Source: Octopus bimaculoides
Lineage: Eukaryota
DNA length: 64,000 nucleotides
Assembly (NCBI RefSeq): GCF_001194135.2
Contig: NC_068981.1
Location: forward strand, 173,429,293-173,493,292
Direction: 5' to 3'
The position numbers and the translations under genes were made by a program. A model generated the notes under the pieces. It worked only from the letters and a program-made list of their open reading frames with translations, did no database searches and was not told the origin of the DNA. Of this stretch, positions 1 to 12,726 are shown one piece after another (the stretch's first letter is position 1; every line of letters starts with the position of its first letter).

Positions 1-87
1 CTGATAAGTCATCATCATCCATTTGGTTTTCTATCCATTCCATCCAACAATCTAATTCACTTACAAAACCTGGAAATCTTGGTGTAT
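1..87 (-). CDS. TRPC4AP: TRPC4AP exon cut by the window edge (TPRFPGFVSELDCWMEWIENQMDDDDLS...)
   Basis: Acceptor gtttttag at 88-95, phase 1. Matches human FLQELEEWYTWLDNAL. The gene continues beyond position 1. Confidence 0.88.
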
Positions 88-572
88 CTAAAAACGACAA
101 AATAAACAAAACAATATTAAATCATTTAAATTAAGAAAAAATAAATTAAAAAGCAATATACACACACACACATTTTTTCTAATGTTTATAAGGAATTGAA
201 TTTTATTCTGTAATTGTAAATGCATTTTTCAGACAACTTTTCATAGTGATTCTTTTCCTCTGTTAGAACCTGTGTCAACTGTACAGATTCGTACAAGAAG
301 AGTTAAGTACCTTGCTTCAAAGCACAGAGACAATAATTGTAGTAGTAAAGTTTAAAATCTTGTAATCCATAACCTCACATTGCTGCACAAATTACTAATA
401 TTAATGATTGTGAGATTTACAGAGATTAAAAAGTTTAAATTTGACCAGTAAATCATGGGAACATCTAAATTTGCAGCAATTTGCTATCCTATGACAGGAC
501 TGAACAATAAATATGAACAAAATTAAATTACAACAAATAACCTATATGGAAGCAAAAATTTGTTATACTTAC

Positions 573-641
573 AATCTTTTGCTTTTGAAACTGTGATATT
601 AACCAATCTTGGCAGTAATTCTGGTATTCCTAAAAGAAGTT
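573..641 (-). CDS. TRPC4AP: TRPC4AP internal exon (LLLGIPELLPRLVNITVSKAKD)
   Basis: Acceptor cctgtttcag, donor gtaagt, 69 nt, phase 1-1. Matches human ALLSIPGFVERLCKLATRK. Confidence 0.9.
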
Positions 642-2239
642 CTGAAACAGGATACAAATATAAATCCTCTGGTCTGTAACTGCTATGTGCATTATTGATT
701 AATGCTTACTTACATGAATTTTATGTTAATATTCATTTAGATTTCTTTAGACAATACAAACATTCCATTAATAATATTCATTATGTACACAAATACATAT
801 AGAACATGAGGTTATGTGATGTTCATGGCTTTCTCAAAAGCATTTATGGTGTACCGAATTGATTTCAGTCAGAAACTAAATTAAGTGGGAACTAAGCTTT
901 GTTCAACAGTTATCGGCTGATGTTAGACACAAGATCAATTTTTTGTAAGGTGAGAAACAATTGAATGAAACCTTTCAGTATGCTACTGATTGATACTTGT
1001 GTTATTAATTCTAGAAAAATGAAATACAGTCTACCCTGGCGGAATTTGAACTCAAAATATAAAGGAATGAGGATTAAATGTTGTGAAGCAATACATTTGG
1101 CATTCTATTGCTTCTGTCAACTTCATTCCATAAAAATATCAATTTCTAACAGACATAAGACTAGGTTTTGTAGGACAGTACAGTTCCTGACTTGTACTTA
1201 TTTATTGATTATGAAAGGAAGACAAAGCTTGTCTTCGCAGGATCCAAAATCAAAGAAATTTATCTCAATACCACATGTATTTTGTCTAATGCTTTACCAA
1301 CCAATTCATCATCATAATTAATCTGACAAAACATACTGGGTCAGCTATGCTTTGATGGGACAATACTGCAGTATTTTGATGCAAAGGGTACAATGTGGAA
1401 GTTTGAACATTTAGTCTGGTTTTTTAATCCCTTTCTGGCATTGAACTGTGGCCATGGTAGGGAACTATTTTCCAAAGTAGAGTTTATTATATTGACTAAT
1501 AATTATAATATCAACCTCATAAAGATGAAAGACAAAGCATACCCAGCTGGGATTTGAGCTCAGGACATAACAGAATATAGTCAAATACCACACACTATTT
1601 TGACAGATGTTCAACAAACTCTGCCAACCCACACCATTTGATTCTGAATGTTTAGAGGTGTTAGGACTGATTGTAACAAGATGGATTTTATATACTTAGA
1701 GATGTTAGTAATGATTGTAATAAGCTGGGATTCCTTCTGTTTTTATCATAGTGCAGCTGAATTTAGATGTAGAGACGCATATGGTATAGCTTTGTGTGTG
1801 TTTGGTGTACAAGCATGTGCTTATGCATGCTTTATGTGATATCAGCAATGACATCTAACTGCACAGTACACACACCAAAAGTTCATAACTTTGAACATAC
1901 AAATCCTGAAGTTTTATTGGGAGGAGGGGATCAATGTAGTTTTAATTTATCAATAAGAGATAAATACAATTTCTATATATTTTATAAAAAGGAGATGGGA
2001 AAAGGGTTTCTGCAGTAAAAAAAGAAATAAAAACCCAAAATACAGAAATTTATCAATCCATACTCTAATCTGGCTCAAATATAAAACAAAAAAATTTATT
2101 CAAACTTTTGGTACTTTCTTTAATATCATTTTTGTCTGCTTTTTTCTATGCTATCATGGATTGGACAAGACATGAATAATAAAACAAAAAAGCTAAGATT
2201 AATAATTACTCAGAGTAAATTATAATAAAGCAGACAAAC

Positions 2240-2302
2240 CTTGATTGACATCCCTAATATTCACAAAACCATTACTTCGCTTTTGTTTATTCTGTGCAAA
2301 TA
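2240..2302 (-). CDS. TRPC4AP: TRPC4AP internal exon (FAQNKQKRSNGFVNIRDVNQ)
   Basis: Acceptor ctatttcag, donor gtttgt, 63 nt, phase 1-1. Matches human LLAKNAQQKK...EINQ. Confidence 0.88.
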
Positions 2303-2939
2303 CTGAAATAGAGACAGTAGAAACAACTTTGAAACAGAATGTGTAGAAATATTTACAGAGAAATGATTAGGACAAATATTGTCCTAAAGTAAATCTGCCA
2401 TAAAATATGCAATCCAAACTTAGATATGCAAGTGGTAGGACATAAACCTCTTTAAATATTATGTATTTAAAAATTTCATTTTATCAAAAATATCACAAAT
2501 TTTTGTTGTCGTCTCACCTCAGTTCAGCTCTGATCAATCAGATCTGTGATTAAAAATGTTTGCGTCATGGCCATTTCATATTAATTCCAGACAGTGTACT
2601 TAAGTTGCCTTATCCAGTAAGTGTGTGTTTAAAGATAGAACATGATTTGGCTAACAAGCTGAGCAACCAAGCAGAAAGAAGCTCCCTGATTGGCTCATAT
2701 CAATTTGTACAAATACCACTAGCACAGGCAAAAGGTGGATAAATTTCAATAAAACAAACAAGTAAAAATCTCACCCGTGGCCCATATAATACACAAAAAC
2801 AGCAAAATTTTTAGGGACAGGGGTTATAGCTGGAACTTAACCTTGGAGAAATGAAGGGCAAGGCCATCTTAAAATGTAAAGATGGGATTTAAAATTATAG
2901 GACCTTAAGTCTAGTTCACAAAATGCCATTAATACTTAC

Positions 2940-3050
2940 ATGAAGATTTATTTTCATAAATATCTAAATCAGATATAGTAATTGCAAGAATTCGGCAGAA
3001 GTTGGCCAACTCCCCATCACTTAGACAAGATATTAGACCTGGCAAATTAT
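2940..3050 (-). CDS. TRPC4AP: TRPC4AP internal exon (NLPGLISCLSDGELANFCRILAITISDLDIYENKSS)
   Basis: Acceptor atatttcag, donor gtaagt, 111 nt, phase 1-1. LANFCRILAITISD is nearly identical to human LANFCRILAVTISE. Confidence 0.95.
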
Positions 3051-4011
3051 CTGAAATATAGAAAGTAACCAACAGATACTAAAATTGTACCAAAATATGT
3101 TGAAACCTAAAGTAATTTCTAACTGAATGCTCTAGATAGAAGAATTAACTGGTTCAACGTATTACAGTAAGGGCCAAAAGTTAAGCAATGTATATTTATA
3201 TACGAATTTGCAGGTCATAGAAATAGTCTGAAAAATCTTTATAGCAAGCATGTGTAACTTTTTTTGCAAAGCAGACTGCATGAGACAGGACTCACCATCA
3301 GGTGGGCTGCACTATTACAAAAAAAAATTCAAGGTAACTTCTTGTTGGTGTGCCATTCAGAAAGTTTTGTGGGCTACAGTTTACCCATGACTTCTTTATA
3401 CTATACTAGCAGAAAGACCATCCTCTGAGCGGTTTTCTGCTAGTCACACCTGGAGTGTGTGTGTGTTTATATTATAGAGACAGTGTGTGTATGTGTGTGT
3501 GTGGGGGGGAGAACATTGCAAACAATGAATGAAAAACATGTAATTAAAAAAATCATATAAATAAAAGCTTGTTAAAAACTATTGGCATTCTTTCGGTTGA
3601 ACCCTCAGAAATGCCAAAATGAACAGCTGGTTTTGCTCATTAATTTCTGTAAAAATTTATTTACTTTTGTTTTAAAGTGAAAGAGAGGAGGAAGTGAAAG
3701 ATGTATGAATGGGCATATGAAATGGACATATGAGAGAGAGAGCTACTAAGATATCAAACAATATTTTTCCTATTGCATGCAAGTTATCATAAAAACTTTT
3801 AAAGTGATCAAGCAATCACTTGTCTTAGTGCATAGATATTGAAGTCATTAATCTATATTGTGAATCAATAATGCTCAATGCATAGCAACAGATGAAATTG
3901 TTTCTTTGAGCAAAAGATGAATCAGGAACTGTTAAATATTTAAATATAACAAAAATGGTCAAAATACTTCAGCAAAATTAATAATAAAAGTTAAGCATTT
4001 CAAAAACTTAC

Positions 4012-4171
4012 GTATTTTATGTAAATCCAAAACTTCCTGCCTCATCTGCAGCATATCCTCAAGCAACTGACAAGCTGCTATAAATGTTTTCTTTTGGGCT
4101 AACAGTGTAAAAATATAGTTCAAGATATCATCTTTTGAAAGCACTCTTGATATTACTCTTTCTCCTTTTGG
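4012..4171 (-). CDS. TRPC4AP: TRPC4AP internal exon (PKGERVISRVLSKDDILNYIFTLLAQKKTFIAACQLLEDMLQMRQEVLDLHKI)
   Basis: Acceptor attttgcag, donor gtaagt, 160 nt, phase 0-1. Clear match to human RLAEKNDFVIFLFTLMTSKKTFLQTATLIEDILGVKKEMIRLDEV. Confidence 0.93.
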
Positions 4172-4678
4172 CTGCAAAATACAAGAAACACAGAAACCTT
4201 GAGAAAATAAATCTATTTTTACATTATCTTCAATACACAATTTGAATAAGAAATACTATTTTTATCTCTATTACACACACACACACACACAAGATTAATA
4301 CTCTATTTTAATTATGCAAGCTTAATAAATAAAACTGCTTGATATTCAAGAGAAAATATGTGAATTAAGATAATCATCACTCTTATTTCTAAGTGAAGTG
4401 GTATAAGAATTAATCATGAATAATTAATTCTATAAACTCATCAGTAGAAAAATTTGCTTTATACATTATGGTACTCAGTATGTATTAAGTAGAAAAATGA
4501 AAAAAGCATAATTAAAATAAATTAATAAAAGTCACATTTCTTAATCTAGTCCTCAGTAAATTGCTTTTATCACTAACAGTGTGGGCTTGAATAATTCATC
4601 TAGAGGAATTCCTGTAGCCATTGAAAATTTCAATTAGTCAAAAAGAAAAAATATATTATACATAAACAGTATACTTAC

Positions 4679-4743
4679 AGTTGAGATAATTTTAATTAAA
4701 ATTTCTAGACACAAACTCTTTGCTCGTAACACATGCTCTGAAT
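4679..4743 (-). CDS. TRPC4AP: TRPC4AP internal exon ((D)SEHVLRAKSLCLEILIKIIST)
   Basis: Acceptor ctttttcag, donor gtaagt, 65 nt, phase 1-0. Similar to human SKDCLSILYNTC. Confidence 0.85.
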
Positions 4744-5275
4744 CTGAAAAAGAATCTTATAATTAACTATCCATCATTTTGCAATATATATTTCCTTTAG
4801 AACAAAGGTATTTGTGATGGGGGTAGAAGTTAATTCAAAGAAATCACACAACTTATAAAAAGGAAAAGAAAGATTTATTCCTCCCTTTTGCATGAATCAA
4901 TTAATCAAGTACTACCTGCTAATAGTATAGTTTAGAGAACTAGTGAAACCAATATTTAACATTGATCATTTAAATAAAACATGGCTATAAATCTCTCAGT
5001 CTCCATTCTTATAAGGATTTGGATGGCAATTTAAAAATCCAGATAGTGACATGAAGCTAATGGAATATGACAAGTTTGTGAATGAGAAGTCAGCACTTCA
5101 ATCTTTTCATTAACTTTTCTTAGTGAAAGTTTAAAAAGTCCTATTATCTTCTGAATGTAAAATGGCTAGCTAACATTAGAGAAAAATTATTTAGGCGGGG
5201 TGGAACAGGTAAAAATTGATGTATCTGAATAATATTTGCATCAAAATATTAATTAATTCAGGAGATGAACCTTAC

Positions 5276-5336
5276 CTGGACAACTGAGAGAATCACTTGG
5301 GAATAAAGAACTAAACGTCAGCAAGCGTAAAATTAT
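5276..5336 (-). CDS. TRPC4AP: TRPC4AP internal exon (IILRLLTFSSLFPSDSLSCP)
   Basis: Acceptor tttattttgtag, donor gtaagg, 61 nt, phase 0-1. Keeps frame with both neighbours. Confidence 0.85.
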
Positions 5337-6230
5337 CTACAAAATAAAGAAATAGCTTTTATTTTTCTTCCAGAAAGTTAATATAGTAAGTGTATATGAT
5401 TAGCAAATTCACAGAGTAATATCAATTCTCTAGGCATAAGGTGAAATTTCATGAGATAAAATATATACAATTTAATTAATTCCAATATTTTATTGCTATT
5501 TTTAATCTTGGAAGAATAAATGGTGAAGTTGAATCCCATGTTCTGTTTCCCTCAGCTTCATCACTAAATATTGTTACTATATAAAATTTCCCTAGTAAAT
5601 CTTTCAAACTTCAAGGACAAATGCAAAAAGTAAATACTATATAGTCAGTTTAGTATGCAAATAGAAAAAAATACCAGCAAAATGTGAAGCCTAAAAATTT
5701 TGTCGAACTCAAAAGACTCAAGGCAGTCATAAAATGACATTGCCCAGTATGGAAAAGAATTTGTTACTTTGCAATCAGTGAAAGCATTATCTGCACAAAA
5801 AAAGTAACATTTTGAGCAGTCTGTAATGACAATAAAGGGAATTTTCAGTATCCAAAAGCAAGCTGTATGTTGATATACTGTCTAATAATCAATCTGAAGA
5901 GGAACTGAAAGGCTGGAAGATAAGTTACTGAATGGGTAAAAATACATTTGAAGGTGATATCTAGTTTCAGATGAGCTACAAGGAATTAAATATCACATGA
6001 AGCTCTCAAGAAATAATATCGAAAATAACAATATATTGTGAAAGAAAATATAGTTATAAAAAGATTGTTAAATTAAGAAAGTAATAAATTATTGTGTAGA
6101 AATAGTGTTTTCTTTCAGCATTTTTGCTTGAGTATTGGATGAGAAAGGATATACAGCTAAAAATATTTACTCAAAGATCTTTAAAAATGAAAAGAAAAGA
6201 TAAATTTAAGGAAATGCTAATGCAGCATAC

Positions 6231-6341
6231 CTCAACTCCATTATATTCGTAGAAGATCTGTGCAAATTTATCCACACTATCATCATATAAGTCATCAGCT
6301 GCTCTCCGAGGATGAAATGAAACTAGTCGACCGGTAATTTT
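6231..6341 (-). CDS. TRPC4AP: TRPC4AP internal exon (KITGRLVSFHPRRAADDLYDDSVDKFAQIFYEYNGVE)
   Basis: Acceptor ccttgtacag, donor gtatgc, 111 nt, phase 0-0. The end matches human IFDLFGGVD. Confidence 0.85.
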
Positions 6342-7583
6342 CTGTACAAGGAAATATCACGAAAACAAAATGTAAATAGGTGCAACATGCAAGGTTGAAC
6401 TTGTTATCTTTAGATTCAAAGCTCAATGGTCTACTTGCACACACTGCTGTAGTTAGCTATTACCATAAACTGCAACACTATTTGAAGTCTATAGTTGCCA
6501 ATGTTTAGACATATATCACTTATATATTTTTCAAGGTGGCAGAAATTAGGTGCCACCTGGACACCTCATCCCTACTATTTGTCTCTTGCAGCAACTGATT
6601 CATTTCTGTATCCTAAATGTGAGTGGTTGTGTAGCTCTCCTACAACTAGAACCTATTCTGCCTCATTTCCCTTCATACCTTAATACTCATGTGCCAGCAA
6701 TAAAGCCTCTCCTCTAGGGTTTCATAGACTTGCAAGCTGCATAGTGACCTCAGTGTTGGTGGCATGAGAAAAGCACCCAGTACACACTGTAAAGTGGTTG
6801 GCATTAGGCAGGGCAACTTGTCATAGAAATCATGCAAAAGCAGACACTGGAGCACAACATAGTCCCTAGACCCACTGGATCCTGTCAAACTACCCAATCC
6901 ATGGAACATGGACATTAAATGATGAATGAATGTCGGACCAACTATTACGCAGTCGGATAGACTTTATGATATCGAGTTTTAAACTTTCATTAAATAGCTT
7001 GTATCAAACAGATTGTAAGCCTGTTTCAAGACAAAGTTTTGTTGCAAACGGCCTCCTGAAAGAGATCTGGTCTACTCAAAGTGTATATGAGCAAGATGGA
7101 TCTATCCAGTTCAGGAGGAAAAAAACTGAATGAATAAATAATAATCCCAGCAAATCAAAAATATGCATGAAATATTCATTATTTTCTGAATGGACACCAT
7201 CAAATGGTTGTAGTGCAGATTTTACAACAGGCACAATAAATGAGGTTTTTTACTCCAGTTGATTAACATAATGCTTATAGTACTATTTGATTCTGTAAGT
7301 ACTGAGTTAAAAATTTAGCACTAAACACAGCATCTGTTGCATGTACAAGTATTAAGTGCAATTAATGCCTAACATTATGAGAGGAGTTTCAGATGAAGAT
7401 TTTCTGGATTTAACCTCATTATTTGGGGGGGGGGGGAGAAAGAGAGAGAGTGAGTGAGTGAGAGTATACATTAACTTTTTCCTAAATGCAGGGTATTGAG
7501 GTCTTTATTCAGTAAGCCACAAGCATACCTGAATTAAGTGTAATATTTTTTCTTTAATCAGATTTAATATTTTAATAAATTTT

Positions 7584-8042
7584 NNNNNNNNNNNNNNNNN
7601 NNNNNNNNNNNNNNNNNNNNNNNNNNNNNNNNNNNNNNNNNNNNNNNNNNNNNNNNNNNNNNNNNNNNNNNNNNNNNNNNNNNNNNNNNNNNNNNNNNNN
7701 NNNNNNNNNNNNNNNNNNNNNNNNNNNNNNNNNNNNNNNNNNNNNNNNNNNNNNNNNNNNNNNNNNNNNNNNNNNNNNNNNNNNNNNNNNNNNNNNNNNN
7801 NNNNNNNNNNNNNNNNNNNNNNNNNNNNNNNNNNNNNNNNNNNNNNNNNNNNNNNNNNNNNNNNNNNNNNNNNNNNNNNNNNNNNNNNNNNNNNNNNNNN
7901 NNNNNNNNNNNNNNNNNNNNNNNNNNNNNNNNNNNNNNNNNNNNNNNNNNNNNNNNNNNNNNNNNNNNNNNNNNNNNNNNNNNNNNNNNNNNNNNNNNNN
8001 NNNNNNNNNNNNNNNNNNNNNNNNNNNNNNNNNNNNNNNNNN
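7584..8042. other. Assembly gap in TRPC4AP intron 1
   Basis: Run of N. Other gaps: 21949-22064, 26217-26488, 35902-36390, 49963-50152, 57801-58093. Confidence 0.99.
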
Positions 8043-8106
8043 ATAACACAGACAGGCCATCAGATTAAAAGACAATGTACTTTGTAAGACTATTGATTTA
8101 TATGTA

Positions 8107-10260
8107 CAGGCAGATCTCATGTTTACGAATTTATTCGTTCCTGACTAGATTCGTAAAGTGAAAAATTTGTATAGTGGTGTATTATCGTCCACAGAAAACA
8201 ATGAATATACCTTTAATTGGTTCTCAAACTTTCTAAAATTGAAAAAAAAAAAAAAGGTTAAGATAAAAATAGCAATATTCAATCACAAACTATAGAATAA
8301 AAAAAAAGAAAAAAAAAAAAATTCAACTTATGAAATTCAATTTGTATTTATCGAGTCTGCTGTCACTGGGGCCTCTTCAGCATATGTCAATTCCATCTGT
8401 TTTTTCTTGTTTTGATGTTTGGTCCGCATTAGTTCTCTTTGTTAAAAAAATTATCTAAAGTTGTTTGTTGAAAAGATTTTTTTCATTTCACAGTAGATTT
8501 CACGATAACAAGCATTGACCGCTCATTAAATTTGCAGCAACAGTTGAGCTTTTTTCAAAATTGACATCTTGCTGCTCAAAGATTTCAATTGCTCTTTTGA
8601 TGTGAAGAAATGCTTCATTTAGCTTTTTTGCAGAGATGCATCTTTCAGGTGATTCTTCATTTTTTGCTTCTTCCTGTTCAAACTATTCCATTTGTAGCAA
8701 TTCTTTACATGTGATTTCATTACTGTCAACACAAAGAGCTTCTTTAACATCTTCAGGTGAAATTTCAAAGTTCAATTTCTTTGCAATGTTTATGATTGTG
8801 TCAGTTTCTTTTTGAAGACCTTCAAAATCATCAGTTAACTTGGGACAGAGATTTTCCCAAATTCCTTTCATGTTCTTTACAGTGATTTTATCCAATGCTT
8901 TCTTTATCAATTTTATTGAATCAAGGATGTTGAAACTCTTCCAAAATTCTTGAATCGTAGGACCATTTTCTTTATCAATCACTTCGAGTAGTCTTTCAAA
9001 GGTGAAACAGAGAAAGTAAGATTTAAACGATGAAATGGCTCCTTGATCCATAGGCTGCAATAAAGATGTTGCACTGAGAGGTAAAAAAATACAACATATT
9101 TTGATGGTGATGCTTTAAAAAATGCAGCATGACTGGGGGCATTATCAAAAGAATCTTGAAAGGAATTTTTTTATCCTAACAATATTTTTCTACTTCAGGA
9201 ACAAAGTGATTAGAAAACCAATCTTCAAATAGAGTTCCTGTCACCCAAGCTTTTCTGTTATACTTCCAGATTACAGGAAGTTTCGTCTTATCAATTCCTT
9301 TTCAAACACAGAGGTTTTCAAATCGATAAAAAAGCATGGACTTGAGTTTGAAGTCCTCTTCACAGTTTCCTTCCAGAAGCAATGTTATCTTCTTTTTTGC
9401 AGCTTTGAATCCTGGCATTGAAGATTCTTCTCTCACAATAAAAATCCTTGGAGGCATTCATTTTCAAAATAGGCCCGTCTCATCCACATTAAATATCTGA
9501 GATGCTATAAAGCCTTCCTCAATCAAATCTAATTGGCGAGGAAAAGTTTCTGCAGCCTTTTGATCTGCACTAAACGGTTTTCCTTGGGTCTTCACATTGT
9601 GTAGATTTGTTCATTTTTTGAAATGATCAAACCAACCATTGCTCACTACAAATGTTTCATTTGATCCATTGGATTTATCCTTAAGCAAGTTAAAGGAAAT
9701 TGCTTTACTGCAAATTATAGCCTGACTAAGTGGCATACGAAGTCTATGAATTTGATTGTTATTCCAAGCTGTCAAAAGATTTTCTGTGCGGGAAATTAAA
9801 CTTTCATTATCTTTTCTTTGTAACCAAGTTGAATTTAGAGAGTGACTTCCTTTAACTTTATATAAATAATCTTCCTTTTGCTTCAAGATGGTACAAACAG
9901 ATGAAGGAGCCATATCAAGTCTTTTGATAAATCTTTAACAGTTACATCCCTTTTTGTGTTGTTTAATCAATTCGTATTTTATTTCTAAAGTAATTGCTTG
10001 ACGTTTCTTCTTATCCTTGCTTTGCATCTCAGAATTCTTTCTTTTTGAAGCCATCACAAGGGTGTTCAAAAAATTAAAAAAAAAACAAAAACAGATGAAT
10101 GGAATGAAGGACGATAAAATGCTGGCTAGCATGAAGGAAGTCAGGCAGGCACTGACACACTTAAAATCCAAAAAGCAGTTGCAGGCGATCGCTCAAGGTA
10201 ACAGGTGTTGCCAGACCAGAAGTGATACTCATTGCCATGGTAACCAATATTTTTGTTTTT
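8107..10260 (-). mobile_element. Degenerate Tigger/pogo (Tc1/mariner superfamily) DNA transposon
   Basis: Frameshifted CENP-B HTH and DDE fragments: KRQAITLEIKYELIKQHKKG, FVVSNGWFDHFKK, IFNVDETG, LQPMDQGAISSFKSY. Starts TA-CAGGCAG at 8105-8113. The other TIR was not found. Confidence 0.9.
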
Positions 10261-10400
10261 CATCTACAATTAGATTCCTTTTCAAGCATGGAGGTTTTCA
10301 GATCGATAAATAAGCATGGGCTTGAGTTTGCAGTCCCCTTCAGTTTCCTCCCAGAAGCAATGTTATCTTATTGTAGTTACTCCGTATCATCTAAGAGGGT

Positions 10401-10782
10401 TGTTGGCACTCCGTCGCTTACGACGTCGAGGGTTCCAGTTGATCCGATCAACGGAACAGCCTGCTCATGAAATTAACGTGCAAGTGGCTGAGCACTCCAC
10501 AGACATGTGTACCCTTAACGTAGTTCTCGGGGATATTCAACGTGACACAGTGTGACAAGGCTGACCCTTTGAATTACAGGCACAACAGAAACAGGAAGTA
10601 AGAGTGAGAGAAAGTTGTGGTGAAAGAGTACAGCAGGGTTCGCCACCATCCCCTGCCGGAGCCTCGTGGAGCTTTAGGTGTTTTCGCTCAATAAACACTC
10701 ACAACGCCCAGTCTGGGAATCGAAACTGTGATCCTGTGACCGCGAGTTCGCTGCCCTAACCACTGGGCCATTGCGCCTCCAC
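10401..10782 (-). mobile_element. Full-length tRNA-derived SINE with 11-bp TSD
   Basis: TSD TCTAAGAGGGT at 10390-10400 and 10783-10793. The head carries A-box TGGCCCAGTGG and B-box-like GTTTCGATTCC. Related copies at ~53945-54250 and 57620-57800. Confidence 0.9.
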
Positions 10783-12167
10783 TCTAAGAGGGTAGTTACT
10801 CTAAATAAGAACTAACATGGTTCAAGATGAATCATCCGACCCAAGCAAGCATAAATAGATGAATTTGCAGTCTGATACTTTATAGACTCAACAATTTTGT
10901 TCCCAATTTTTCCTATTGTACATTAGAGCATAGTAGCTAGAATAAAAACATGCTGGGACAGGTTCAGGGAACTATTACCTCTGTTAGCAACAAGTAGATT
11001 GTATAGAAAGTGTGATACTGCATGGTTGTGAGTCGTGGGCACTGAGTGTAGAGGATATGAAGTAAGTACGCTCTACTGGATGTATATTAGTGTGCATGAA
11101 AGATATAGTATATAGATGAGCTGAGAAAAAAAAAAAAGACTGGGTAAAAGTAATCAGTTGTAATGTGCAAGAGAGGACATGTAATTTAGTTTAGATATGT
11201 AAAACATGGATGGTGATAGCTGAATAAAAGAAGTGCCAGGAGATCTAAGAGGGGAGGAAATTGGAAAATAAAAACTAAGGAAGATGTAAGTAGAAATAGA
11301 CAACACTCAAATGAACATTTAAAGTGAACTGAACAGCAGTTTATTTTCCAAATTAACAGAATCTGTTGGATAAAAACAACTGACTGTTGATGAAAAGTAA
11401 TCATTAAAAACAAATCAAAGTTGAATTAAAAACTGAATACCATAATTTGCATATAGTTATAATAATTGTAGTGAAAGAAAAAAGCTGCTCAAGATTAAGA
11501 AAAATATTCTGTAAAAATTAAGACAAGGGTAAATGAGTATCACATTGTTATAGAATAAAACTACCATAGAAGTTAATTCTTTCAGTTTGAACAGAAACAT
11601 TTAAAATACTAAAAGACAAATATTCTTGTAGACTTGGAATTTAATAAAAATTTGTTTTATCAACTAGTTTAGAAACTCAAATGAAATTATGGCTAATTAG
11701 TCTTCTACTTAACTGTAGCTTAGAGCAAGTATTGATCCTGAATCCCAACGATGATTTTTCAGTGGAATTAGAGATGGTCTGGTGTACAAGAACAAAACTT
11801 TTAAAGGTAAGATCACTGAGTCTATAAGACAATAGACTATCTTCTCATAAGGATGCAAGTTCAAATCTTCAAGTATTTTATTTTGTTTCTGGATAGAAAG
11901 CTTTATCTTATATCATCCCAGTTTACTCAGATGTTGAGAATGGGTGCCAGGTAATCTACAAATCTTACCTGCAGTAATAGACTAGTACTAGTAATAGGTG
12001 CAGACATGAAAGTTTGGTAGGAAGTTTGCTTCCCAGCCACATGGTCATGAGTTTAGTTCCACTGTATGGCACTTTCTATACTCCCAAGCTAGCCAAATCC
12101 TTGTGAGTGGATTTGGTAAGCAGAAACTGACAGAAGCCTATCATGTGTGTGTGTAAATAGATATATG

Positions 12168-12540
12168 TAGGCGTGGCTGTATAGTAAGAAGTTTGTTTCT
12201 CAACCACATGGTTCTGGGTTCAGTCTCACTGCATGGCACCTTGGGCAAGTGCTTCTACTGCAGCCTCAGGTTGACCAAGGCCTTGTGAGTGGATTTGGTA
12301 GACAGAAACTGAAAGAAGCCCATTGTGTATGTGCCTTTGTGTCTATATTTGTCCCTCACCACTGCTTTTGACAACTGGTGTTGGTGCGTTTATGTCCCCC
12401 GTAACTTAGCCAATTGGCAAGTGACCAATAGAATTAAAAAAAAAAAATAAGTACTAGGGTTGATTCATTTGGCTAAAGATTGAAGGTGGTGCCCCAGCAT
12501 GGCCACAGTCTAATGACTGAAACAAGTAAAAGACAAAGGT
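12168..12540 (+). mobile_element. Octopus-type tRNA-derived SINE with internal microsatellite
   Basis: Head GTGGCTGTATAGTAAGAAG...GGTTCAGTC...GGCACCTTGGGCAAG and tail GCCCCAGCATGGCCACAGTC...GACTGAAACAAGTAAAAG recur many times in the window. Confidence 0.85.
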
Positions 12541-12726
12541 TATATATGTGTGTGTGTGTGTACATTACCGTGTCTTATGCAAGTGGTATCCATCATTTCC
12601 AATCTTCCATGGAAACATGTCTGGTCATGGGGAAATATTACCTTACTTGGAAACAAGTGAGGGTTAGCAACAGAAAGGGAATCCACCTCAACAAATTCTG
12701 CCAGCTGCAGGCAACTTTAGTGTAGG

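Noticed and set aside
965-1321. 118-aa plus-strand ORF
   Set aside because: No recognisable homology or splice signals, antisense within a TRPC4AP intron, and of a length expected by chance.
3295-3310. 16-nt ag/gtgagt-flanked candidate TRPC4AP microexon
   Set aside because: It introduces a stop in the required phase, and the flanking exons already join in frame.
7564-8120. Long ORFs full of X, here and at the other gaps
   Set aside because: Artefacts of N-runs.
10700-10782. tRNA-like sequence with A and B boxes
   Set aside because: It is the head of a TSD-flanked SINE, not a tRNA gene. No true tRNA, rRNA or CRISPR array was seen.
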